Below, in pieces: positions 18,636-26,754 of a DNA stretch of 64,000 nt. Each line of letters begins with the position of its first letter. The first letter of the stretch is position 1. The stretch lies in IMG/VR virus record IMGVR_UViG_3300005805_000051, positions 44,996 to 108,995 of that record. One strand, written 5' to 3'. The translations under genes were made by a program, and so were the position numbers. The notes under the pieces were generated by a model. The model was not told where the DNA came from. It was given only the letters and a program-made list of their open reading frames with translations, and did not search any database. The DNA comes from a virus.

Positions 18636-20168
18636 TTAGTTCACGCGACCGACGAACAGTCGAGCGCGATCCCACGAAACGTTAAACACCTCACCAGCTT
18701 TCTTATTGACGGGAGTCGCATCACCAGTTGCAGGATGATAGAAGGTACCACTGAAATTTCGAGCGGCACGAAACTGGTGTGTGCCGGGTTCTCCGTAGAA
18801 CAGATAGACACACCGACCATCACTGTGCTGCGCGCCGTCAACACGCACTTCGTGCGAAATGCCTTGATCAACGATACGTAGTTGACTCCATGTGTTGCCA
18901 GAGTGATGTAGCGTAGTATATGTCATGACATCCTTCGGTAGTAACGCGCATATCTTCGGGGTGTTCCAGAAACCATTCTCCACTTGCAAGCCCTTGTCAA
19001 TGGAGACTCCTTCACCGGAGAACCACACATAGGACTGTCGTGCAATCAAACTCTGAAGCGCCAGCGCGACAATCGCTTCATCGTTCAGCTCCTGCTTGTT
19101 CGTGGTAACAGACACCAGATCGCCACTCCCGTTCGGTTCTGACTGAATTCCCAACTTACGCTTGGGTTTGCCTTCGTAGGGAATGGAAAAGATGTGACGA
19201 ATCTTATCCCAAAAATGACCGTCGCGACTGCCATGCACATCATAGCAATCAGCGGGATCAATAGAGAAGGCATCCAGCTCATGTGCTTCCTCGGTGCGCG
19301 GTGAGGTGAGCGTCAGCAGTGCGGTGCCTCCTGCACTCTTATACGCTTGCACAAACTGCGCGAGACGCACCGGGTCAGGCTCGCCGGTTTGCCATGCTTC
19401 GTTGCCCCCATCGAAGAACGCATAGACATACCCCGTACTGTCAACCGCACGACCCACTTCCGCGAGTTTTACGGCAAACGCTTTGCGGTCGGTCATATTA
19501 TCACCAAGAGTGCCAATATCACCTTGCGATACGACGAGTCGCAACTTTCGGTCGACGCACTCTTGCACAAAGTCGCGCCACTCCGTCCAATAGTTCGGGG
19601 TGCTACCGGGATTTACGGTGCGGCCGCCGTGCATCTTCTCCCAATACGACCCACTGAGTAGTGTCCAGACACGCACACCGTGATACCCGGCTTGTGCGAG
19701 CAAATTTAGCTGTCCTCGAACGCGATCTCGGTCGCGTGTCCATAACGCAAATAAATCCCCGGCATGAGCAAACAACGGTAACACGGTACCGGTGTCATCC
19801 ACGAAGGCGTTCTGCTCAATGCGGAGACGACCCACCAGCGGCCGCTCGACCACCGGAATCTCTCGCGAAAGTGTCACGGGAATCTGTGTGTTTTGCGTCA
19901 GCAAAATTTTGCTATGCACGGCCACATACTTGTCGCACTCTACTGCATAGTAGACATCGCCTTGATTGACTTCAATCGCCGCATAACCATTCTCATCGGT
20001 GGCGCGCCGCAGTTCTTCATTGAGACGGAAGGTTGCCCCCACCAGTGGCGCGCCGTCGGTATCGGTTACCACTACCGCAATCGTCGCACGAGGAATAGAA
20101 GGCTCAGGAGTCGGTTGGGGATCGGGACGACCAAAGAGCCACTGAAACAATGACGAGAGAATAGACAT
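18636..20168 (-). CDS. Putative clan GH-A glycoside hydrolase with an N-terminal beta-sandwich domain
   Basis: VTDTDGAPLVGATF..TDENGYA (carboxypeptidase-regulatory-like); GYHGVRVW, GNEAW acid/base and IQSEP nucleophile-like motifs. Confidence 0.6.
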   Translation of the reverse strand: MSILSSLFQWLFGRPDPQPTPEPSIPRATIAVVVTDTDGAPLVGATFRLNEELRRATDENGYAAIEVNQGDVYYAVECDKYVAVHSKILLTQNTQIPVTLSREIPVVERPLVGRLRIEQNAFVDDTGTVLPLFAHAGDLFALWTRDRDRVRGQLNLLAQAGYHGVRVWTLLSGSYWEKMHGGRTVNPGSTPNYWTEWRDFVQECVDRKLRLVVSQGDIGTLGDNMTDRKAFAVKLAEVGRAVDSTGYVYAFFDGGNEAWQTGEPDPVRLAQFVQAYKSAGGTALLTLTSPRTEEAHELDAFSIDPADCYDVHGSRDGHFWDKIRHIFSIPYEGKPKRKLGIQSEPNGSGDLVSVTTNKQELNDEAIVALALQSLIARQSYVWFSGEGVSIDKGLQVENGFWNTPKICALLPKDVMTYTTLHHSGNTWSQLRIVDQGISHEVRVDGAQHSDGRCVYLFYGEPGTHQFRAARNFSGTFYHPATGDATPVNKKAGEVFNVSWDRARLFVGRVN

Positions 20169-20192
20169 AAAAACTCCAAAAATAGGGAAAAG

Positions 20193-20468
20193 TTAAACTT
20201 CGCGTTTACCGCCAAGGGTATTAATCGTGCTGTGTCGATGTTTGCTCTTGATCCGCTTCAGGGTGTCTGTCCATGTGGATGGCAAATTTTGACGACCAAT
20301 CCGATAGCCGTCTCCTAACGCTGGTGCGGCCGCGCAGCGTTCCAATGTGTGCAGTTCCTCACACTGTGGACAGGGCTGTGTGGTGGGATAATCGCGGTCC
20401 GCAATCGGCAGGTTGACATCAGCAATCACCAATCCACATGCGGTACATTCAAAATCATACATCGGCAT
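20193..20468 (-). CDS. FmdB-family zinc ribbon protein
   Basis: MPMYDFECTACG..PCPQC. Confidence 0.8.
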   Translation of the reverse strand: MPMYDFECTACGLVIADVNLPIADRDYPTTQPCPQCEELHTLERCAAAPALGDGYRIGRQNLPSTWTDTLKRIKSKHRHSTINTLGGKREV

Positions 20469-20490
20469 CTTGTATATCCTCTAGAACTAT

Positions 20491-21144
20491 TTAGGCGTCC
20501 GGAAATCGCGCCGCATGCAGCGCCAAACGCGTTTCCGCGAGGGCATGCACCGTGGGGTCGAGTTCTGTACCCAGATAGCACCGACCGGTGTCTCGCGCCG
20601 CGATTGCGGTCGTGCCGCTCCCCATAAACGGGTCATACACAATAGACTCAGGGGGCGTATAGTTACGAATACAGCGCACCGGCACCATCACTGGCATCCC
20701 ATAGGTATACTGCTCATAGTGCCCATACCCATCGTTCCAGACATCCGGCGCAAACGACGCGTCTTGTGATTGTCGCGCCGCGCGCCACACGCCCGTGCTA
20801 AAGGTCATGACATTCCCGTAGGTCAATCGGAACAGATTGATTTTATCGCTCTTAACCCAAATCTTGTGACTCCGCAGCGTATAGCCGAGGTCGGTCATTG
20901 CATGATACAACGCCAGATGTTTCGGCACAATCGTGCTGCGATGTTTGCGATCGGTGAATGCAACCGTAATCAGGCCCAGTCGCGGACGAAACAACACAAA
21001 CAACTCTGACAAAAATGTTTGATACGCGGTCAGATCGACCGTGCTGCCGACTTCATCAAAATCAGGCGGACTTGTAAACACATAGTCATAGGTGAGGGTT
21101 GGCGCCAGTGTTCGTGCATCCCCACATACAATCGTATTCATCAT
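20491..21144 (-). CDS. DNA methyltransferase (N4-C/N6-A, beta class)
   Basis: DYVFTSPP catalytic motif and YDPFMGSGTT SAM motif; SD GGAGAGG before ATG 21144. Confidence 0.85.
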   Translation of the reverse strand: MMNTIVCGDARTLAPTLTYDYVFTSPPDFDEVGSTVDLTAYQTFLSELFVLFRPRLGLITVAFTDRKHRSTIVPKHLALYHAMTDLGYTLRSHKIWVKSDKINLFRLTYGNVMTFSTGVWRAARQSQDASFAPDVWNDGYGHYEQYTYGMPVMVPVRCIRNYTPPESIVYDPFMGSGTTAIAARDTGRCYLGTELDPTVHALAETRLALHAARFPDA

Positions 21145-21212
21145 ACAGGCACACCTCTCCCATTCTTTATAATATCTATTATAATTTTTATAAGATACTT
21201 GCGGGGATGTTT

Positions 21213-21520
21213 GGAGAGACACCTCTCCCTTGCGGGATTACAGGTGTCTCTCCCTTGCGTATGGACGCCTCGGATCGACTCAGGATGCGATGTAACGTGG
21301 CGGTTAGCCGGTACCACAACGCACCGTATGGTGCGACATCTGCCTCTCACCCTCGCGGGTCTAACGGGAGGTCATCATCCCCATCCTGACGAACATGATG
21401 ACCGCGTAGGTCGTGAGGTTCCACGTGCCCTACATCGTTGGTCGTACGGACCGATTCTCGCGAATCGGCGTATTCGCTGCACCGCGACATTCAAGCGCGG
21501 AAACGAATACTGACTGTCCA
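21213..21520 (-). ncRNA. Putative highly structured non-coding RNA, ~300 nt
   Basis: Intergenic gap with at least seven stems, three GNRA tetraloops on the minus strand, an 8-bp pseudoknot and its own promoter. Confidence 0.7.
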
Positions 21521-21523
21521 CTC

Positions 21524-21552
21524 AGTATAGCGAGTGGGGTCGTGCGCGTCAA
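21524..21552 (-). promoter_or_regulatory. Sigma70-type promoter for the structured RNA
   Basis: TTGACG (21552-21547), 17-nt spacer, TATACT (21529-21524). Confidence 0.8.
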
Positions 21553-21556
21553 GCGA

Positions 21557-22807
21557 TTATTGGAATCGACCTTGTGTCAGGTTCAGTTGTGAGAACCCAC
21601 TGCGGTCGACCAGCTTGACGAAACCTCCCCGACGATCACTGGCGACGAACCCTTCGTGGTCGCCGCGCGTCAGGCCCCCGTCCCCTTGTAGGAACGGACT
21701 AAACTCGGTGCGTAGATTCAGCTTGTTAATCAACGCAAGTTTTGCGTCGATTACGAGGGTTTGCCACGCAATAATGGGTGCCAGTGCCGGAGCAAGTCGC
21801 TTCACCGTCCCGATAAACGCGAGATACTTTTCCCGCACCCCGGTTTTTCCGGCGACGCTCTTTCGGGCGGCACTTTCTTTTTCTTCGAGTCGCTCAAGAA
21901 AATCGACAAACTGCGCCACAAACTGTTGCGGAGCTGGCGTAATGGGCTGCCCTGCTCGCACGAGTTGATTCTGAAACTGCATCAGCAGGTCACGCAAGGC
22001 AGGAGTGGTCTTAAGTGCCGACAAAAACGGATTGCGTTGTAATAGGGCCGTTTGTTTGGAAATCTTAGCAAGGAGCGCATCAATCTCTCGCGTTTCGGCA
22101 GCGGTCATGGTCACGCTACCGGAAACATCCTGATATCGCGTGGGGAACAACAAGACATCAGAGGACGCGCCTAACGCATTCAGATTTGCACCCGGTGTCG
22201 CACGTAGGGTCGCGAGACTCGACCCCGTATAGGTCGTGTGGAACGCAATACCGACCGACGCAGCGAGGACACGTTGACCAAGCGGACTCGCTTCAGGAAT
22301 GCCATACACAATGGTGTTGGGTTTGAAAGTTACATGTGGCACACCATCGATAGTTTGCCGTTTTCGTAAACTTGGCACAAACATCAGGTCGCCTTGCAGG
22401 ACGGTCGTCCAGTTCAGTTGCGAGAGTGCGGTAAACGCAACCTTGAGCGTGTCCACCAAGCCGGGTGCATGCCCGTACAGGCGTTCAATATCGGTCAGGG
22501 ATTTTGCGACCCGCGGCGTTTTAGCTAACGCGCTTTTTGTTGCGACGAAAAACTGGCCGTCATCAGGGTCACGACCCACGACCATTGACGGCGCACCGTC
22601 CACTTTCACGGACAAGTTATACGCTTTGTCCGCATGTCCTTTCAACACATTCGCGACTTGGGTCAGGTAGACGACAGCGGACGCTGCACCGGGATGGTAC
22701 GACGTCCACACCAAATCTTCGAGATGGGTCAGGTGAGACACCACCTGTCGTGGGGCTGCGGCTTCCTGCAACGACACCCACGCATGAAAGGACGAGAGGG
22801 AAATCAT
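21557..22807 (-). CDS. Conserved T4-like phage protein with ligase-superfamily motifs (DUF6267-like)
   Basis: HLTHLED, KVDGAP, FFVATKS, LQGDLMF, FKPNTIVY, HEGFV, VKLVDR; TAATG coupling to dps. Confidence 0.75.
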   Translation of the reverse strand: MISLSSFHAWVSLQEAAAPRQVVSHLTHLEDLVWTSYHPGAASAVVYLTQVANVLKGHADKAYNLSVKVDGAPSMVVGRDPDDGQFFVATKSALAKTPRVAKSLTDIERLYGHAPGLVDTLKVAFTALSQLNWTTVLQGDLMFVPSLRKRQTIDGVPHVTFKPNTIVYGIPEASPLGQRVLAASVGIAFHTTYTGSSLATLRATPGANLNALGASSDVLLFPTRYQDVSGSVTMTAAETREIDALLAKISKQTALLQRNPFLSALKTTPALRDLLMQFQNQLVRAGQPITPAPQQFVAQFVDFLERLEEKESAARKSVAGKTGVREKYLAFIGTVKRLAPALAPIIAWQTLVIDAKLALINKLNLRTEFSPFLQGDGGLTRGDHEGFVASDRRGGFVKLVDRSGFSQLNLTQGRFQ

Positions 22808-23265
22808 TAGACCGATTTCAGGTGGGAGCGCAACTGCCATGCCCACTTGTCGTGCTGCATGATACGGTCTTGGAAGAAGTTCGCGAGTCCGACATCTCCC
22901 AGAGCTTCAGCAGCATTGAATGCGGCATGCAGTGACGTCAAGACGCCAGTGTTTGCGTCCAACACCGCTTGCAGATGTTCGGTGGGATTGCCCCCTTTGA
23001 CTTGCATGTCCGCAATATTCGTGGTGGACAATGCGAACCCAAGCGTTGCCGGGGCGTAGAACTTGTGAAACCGCAGTCCTTCAGCCACGGGGTCAATGGA
23101 GTCGTGAACATCGTCGTAAATCTTGGCGAAGAAGTCGTGAAGGGGTCCGAAGAACGGTCCTTCCACATTCCAGTGCGCGCCGTGGGCCCGGAAATAAAGA
23201 CTATACAAATCGGCCATCAATTGACGGGACGCCGTAACAAATGCTTCTTCTTGAGGTGTAGCCAT
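22807..23265 (-). CDS. dps: Dps / ferritin-like DNA protection protein
   Basis: HGAHWNVEGPFFGPLHDFF..Y....D.VAE..HDKWAWQLRS. Confidence 0.93.
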   Translation of the reverse strand: MATPQEEAFVTASRQLMADLYSLYFRAHGAHWNVEGPFFGPLHDFFAKIYDDVHDSIDPVAEGLRFHKFYAPATLGFALSTTNIADMQVKGGNPTEHLQAVLDANTGVLTSLHAAFNAAEALGDVGLANFFQDRIMQHDKWAWQLRSHLKSV

Positions 23266-23313
23266 GGAAACTCCTTCTTCTCATGCTATTTAGGAACCCA
23301 CCTCGTTCACGAA

Positions 23314-23342
23314 TGGGGGAAGAGGTATACCCCCTTCCCCCA
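23314..23342. terminator. Hairpin after hsp20
   Basis: TGGGGGAAG..CTTCCCCCA inverted repeat. Confidence 0.5.
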
Positions 23343-23362
23343 CATTACAAACATGATAGGTC

Positions 23363-23857
23363 TTAGCTATCCGATTTTGTGCCGGCCGCAATCGCTTTTG
23401 CGACCTGTGACGCAATCGCAATTTTTCGCGGCTTGTGTGTTTCGGGAATCACATTCTCCAAGCGCACCCGTAACATGCCATGCTGAAGCGTTGCGCCCTG
23501 CACGACGACGGTTTCCGCAAGCGCGACCGTCTTTGTGAAACTGCGAAGACCCACCCCGCGATACAGATAGTCGTCCTTCGTCTCGGACTTCTTTACGGCA
23601 CCACGAATGGTGAGCAGGTTCTTCTCAAGTTCCACTTCTAGATCGTCTTCGGTAAATCCCGCGACCGCGAGTTCCAGTTCATACTCGGTGTCGGAGAGCC
23701 GCTTCAGATTATGGGGGGGATAGTTATTCTGGTCAGAGACGCGGTGTTCAATGTGCGCGAGTTCATCAAACAGACGGTCGAACCCGACACTGAAATGCGT
23801 CCACGGTTCCAGAGGTAGGGAAAACCCATTACCAAACAATAAACGACGAGCAGTCAT
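23363..23857 (-). CDS. hsp20: Small heat-shock protein Hsp20 (IbpA-like)
   Basis: GFDRLFD..YPPHNL..LELAVAGF..YLYRGVGLRSF..L.HGML.V.L...IPE..KPRKI. Confidence 0.95.
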   Translation of the reverse strand: MTARRLLFGNGFSLPLEPWTHFSVGFDRLFDELAHIEHRVSDQNNYPPHNLKRLSDTEYELELAVAGFTEDDLEVELEKNLLTIRGAVKKSETKDDYLYRGVGLRSFTKTVALAETVVVQGATLQHGMLRVRLENVIPETHKPRKIAIASQVAKAIAAGTKSDS

Positions 23858-23859
23858 AA

Positions 23860-23916
23860 TAGTCCTCCTTTGAGCGACTAAAGATTCACGCCACATCCCC
23901 GAAGGCAATGTGACGC
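23860..23916 (-). promoter_or_regulatory. ROSE-like RNA thermometer in the hsp20 leader
   Basis: UAGUC-G-CU/AG-GACUA hairpin with UCGCU opposite the SD; upstream CUUCGG-capped hairpin. Confidence 0.6.
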
Positions 23917-23945
23917 TACGGTTACAACACTAGTATATAGCAAAC

Positions 23946-24170
23946 TTATTCAGATTTCCATGCCCAATTGACCACGATCCAGTCGTTCAAACAATCCTCA
24001 AACCCATAGCGTGTCTTTACGCAGTCTTCCCCAAACTTTTTGTTCATCTGCTGCTGCCAATAGGGGAAGTATGTCGTGCGAATCTCCTCTTCGGACATGG
24101 TGATGACTTCATTGCCCACGAGGTTGCCGTCGTTGTCAAAGACGGGTTCATTGTAGCAGTAGTAGCGCAT
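23946..24170 (-). CDS. Hypothetical phage protein
   Basis: MRYYCYNEP..SEEEI...YFPYW..EDCLNDWIVVNWAW; TAATG coupling. Confidence 0.7.
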   Translation of the reverse strand: MRYYCYNEPVFDNDGNLVGNEVITMSEEEIRTTYFPYWQQQMNKKFGEDCVKTRYGFEDCLNDWIVVNWAWKSE

Positions 24171-24748
24171 TATCGGGCCTCGCACATAAAATATGGAGAT
24201 TCTTGATTCTTCCACGTCGAGAACGCGGCTTTGGCTCCGCGATAGTAGTTGTGATACGCCTGCACGGTGGCGTCCCACGAGTTTCCTGCGACTTTATATG
24301 CGTCCGGCATCGCTTGGGGTGGGGCCGACGAACGGTCGGATGACATATACAGCTTGCTGGGCACACATCCGAGTGTGAAATACAATGCAGGATGGTGCTT
24401 GGCACTATACGCGTGGTCTTTGCCGTAGCGTCGCGTATATTCTTCTGTCAGTTCCGCGAACAAACGGAACAACCACTGGTAATGGTCAGGATGTGACCGC
24501 ACCCACACATTACAGGGATGATTGACATGTGTCGCTTTGAGCAACAATCGTTCACGGGTTTCATCAAAATGCCGCCACCGTTGAATACGACGATTGTTGT
24601 CAGTTTTATCGATATATGGCGTGCCATCTACCATACGATGGGCGGTAGACAGGAGTTGTGCCGATTCTAGAATCATCTTCACACAATGTTTGTCATTGTG
24701 CAGCCGCGCCGCAATCTCAGGATTTGTGTCCAGCACGAATATGTTCAT
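24170..24748 (-). CDS. Pyrimidine-dimer DNA glycosylase / DenV-like family protein
   Basis: MNIFVLD..DKHCVKMILESAQLLSTAH..THVNHPC..EEYTRRYGK..PQAMPD..AY.NYY. Confidence 0.85.
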   Translation of the reverse strand: MNIFVLDTNPEIAARLHNDKHCVKMILESAQLLSTAHRMVDGTPYIDKTDNNRRIQRWRHFDETRERLLLKATHVNHPCNVWVRSHPDHYQWLFRLFAELTEEYTRRYGKDHAYSAKHHPALYFTLGCVPSKLYMSSDRSSAPPQAMPDAYKVAGNSWDATVQAYHNYYRGAKAAFSTWKNQESPYFMCEAR

Positions 24749-24757
24749 GCGGACAGT

Positions 24758-24943
24758 TTACTCGTCTTCGTAGAGTTCGTCAAGGTCGTCGGTATAGTCA
24801 TCCACATCCCGAAAATTTTTGGCAAATGTTTGAATGCGTCGGAGGCTTTCATTGGCCCGACGCTTGTGCCGTTTTTCGCGATTTTGCTTGTTAATGCGTT
24901 CGTGACGAAGCTGTTCGTGATTCGGAGCTTTCTTGACACTCAT
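24758..24943 (-). CDS. Small charged hypothetical protein
   Basis: Fills the operon gap; basic N-terminus, acidic C-terminus. Confidence 0.55.
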   Translation of the reverse strand: MSVKKAPNHEQLRHERINKQNREKRHKRRANESLRRIQTFAKNFRDVDDYTDDLDELYEDE

Positions 24944-24948
24944 GATGA

Positions 24949-25713
24949 CTATAGAATCTCGGGAAAGGCTTTCTTTACAAGGTCTTTGGTAATCGGGAAC
25001 TTCTTTTGAAGCGTCTTGTTCTTTACTGCAAGTAGCACATCCGCTTCGGTGGGATGTAACGCTTCCAGCGTTTGAATGAACATCGACTCTAGCTTATACT
25101 TAGGCATGGTCACTACCGGTGGGGCATCGCGTTGTAGCAGTTCATTGTTCGTCCGAAGAATCTGCGCTCGTAGATGGGCAACCTGCTGACTGATTTGTTC
25201 CGCAATCGCTTTGGCTGCGTTCAGGTGCTGACGCGTCGTTTGCACCTGCGCGGTGGCACGATTCAGTCGGCTTTGCGCTTCAATAACGGCTTGCTTTGCG
25301 TTCACGAACTCTTCTTCCGCGTCTTGAAACGCTCTCGTGGTGGTGAGAAGCTCGTTACCCTTCTGCGACTCAATATCTTCGGCGGCTTTCAGTCGATCCC
25401 GCTGTTCCTCGGACATTTCGGTTAAGGCCAACTTACTCGGTTGTAGCCACAGATACGAGAGCTTGCGCGTTTCTGCATGAAGATTCGTTTCGCTCAAGCC
25501 GATAGGATTGGGATTGCGCTTGAACGGAGGATCACCCTCCGGAAGATTGTATTGAATCTTCGGATCGAATCCGTGCTTGAGCAGGAGACGAAGCGTCGGG
25601 CTATCATGCTTTCGCAACCACTCAATCTTCTTGAGAACCGCACCGTCGCCGGTGAACTCTTTGAGCTTACTCAATACTTCTGAAATCAATAATCGTGCAG
25701 CCATACCATGCAT
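24949..25713 (-). CDS. Conserved T4-like protein (DUF6433-like) with a coiled-coil insert
   Basis: LISEVL..LPEGDPPF..L..E.RKL..E.MFIQ.LEALHP.EA.VL..VK.K.L. Confidence 0.75.
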   Translation of the reverse strand: MHGMAARLLISEVLSKLKEFTGDGAVLKKIEWLRKHDSPTLRLLLKHGFDPKIQYNLPEGDPPFKRNPNPIGLSETNLHAETRKLSYLWLQPSKLALTEMSEEQRDRLKAAEDIESQKGNELLTTTRAFQDAEEEFVNAKQAVIEAQSRLNRATAQVQTTRQHLNAAKAIAEQISQQVAHLRAQILRTNNELLQRDAPPVVTMPKYKLESMFIQTLEALHPTEADVLLAVKNKTLQKKFPITKDLVKKAFPEIL

Positions 25714-25751
25714 CCTTTATGTGAGGAATAGTCCTCGCTGGTATTTAGGTG

Positions 25752-26327
25752 TCAGATTCGCGCAGCAAACAGTTGCTGACTGATGTGCCACATTGCAATT
25801 CCCGCCGCAGTAGAAACATTCAGGGAGCGCACAATCCCTTGCTGTGGAATGGAATAGCACGGTTCCTGCTGACGAATCTCTGCGGGGATCCCGTGGTCTT
25901 CTGCACCGAAGACGAGACAGAGCGGATGATAGCGCGTGATGTCTAGTGTATGCAACGCGTGGCCACCCTGTTCAATCAAGACGGGCGTGTAGCCATTCAC
26001 ACGAATCGTCTGCAATACCGCGTCCCAATCCAGCGTATCGGTGTCCGTCGTCACATCATAGGGCAGCACATCAATATAATGATGCGCGCCGACCGTGGAA
26101 CGACGATCGTATTTCTTCCGACCAAAGACAAAGACTTTTTCTGCACCCATCACACATGCAGTGCGAATGATGACGCCGGCATTGAGGTCGCCGGTAATGT
26201 TAGCTAATGCAACCGCAAACGGCAACTGACGCGCGACTGCCGCTCGTTTCAGTTCCTCCAACGACAGATGCTTGTATTCATCCGCAACATTGAAGGATGT
26301 CGTTTTGATAGGGGCATCCGGATGCAT
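25752..26327 (-). CDS. SpoU/TrmH-family RNA 2'-O-methyltransferase
   Basis: N.G.IIRTA..G, LVFGAEDHGI and IPQ.G.VRSLNVSTAAGI SPOUT motifs. Confidence 0.92.
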   Translation of the reverse strand: MHPDAPIKTTSFNVADEYKHLSLEELKRAAVARQLPFAVALANITGDLNAGVIIRTACVMGAEKVFVFGRKKYDRRSTVGAHHYIDVLPYDVTTDTDTLDWDAVLQTIRVNGYTPVLIEQGGHALHTLDITRYHPLCLVFGAEDHGIPAEIRQQEPCYSIPQQGIVRSLNVSTAAGIAMWHISQQLFAARI

Positions 26328-26329
26328 GA

Positions 26330-26515
26330 TTACGACTTTTTGCTGTACAGATTCTTTGCGTTGTAGCCGGTTACGGTAAAGTTACTCGGGGCCCACTGTC
26401 GCTCTAACGGGGTACCACACGCGTCACAGTTCACCTGCTGACTGTCTGTATACGACGCAAACCAGCGTTCCTGTGATTTGACGCACGACGGACAAAAGAA
26501 CACCCAAATTGGCAT
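26330..26515 (-). CDS. FmdB-like zinc ribbon protein
   Basis: MPIW.F.CPSC..CDACG..L.R. Confidence 0.7.
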   Translation of the reverse strand: MPIWVFFCPSCVKSQERWFASYTDSQQVNCDACGTPLERQWAPSNFTVTGYNAKNLYSKKS

Positions 26516-26518
26516 GGT

Positions 26519-26713
26519 TTATCTCCAGTTCACGCTCTGCCATGCGGAATAGCAGACCTTTGAACAAAAGATGTGCTTATCCCAATCCTGCGTCTTTTCG
26601 TTCAGGTATTGGTAGTTATACGGCTTGTCGTGTTTGTCGGTGTGGTTACGACCACAAAACTCGCATTCCTTATAGGCAATGCCACTCACGGTACGGCGAT
26701 TTGGGTTTGACAT
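26519..26713 (-). CDS. Small zinc-finger protein
   Basis: CEFCG..FCSKVC (FCS/TRASH-like). Confidence 0.6.
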   Translation of the reverse strand: MSNPNRRTVSGIAYKECEFCGRNHTDKHDKPYNYQYLNEKTQDWDKHIFCSKVCYSAWQSVNWR

Positions 26714-26754
26714 GATAACGATAGCTCCACGAAGATACCCTTAGTATAACAGGA

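Noticed and set aside
21019-21513. ORFs of 164, 96 and 69 aa across the structured gap
   Set aside because: No recognisable motifs or ribosome-binding sites; base-pairing explains the sequence better
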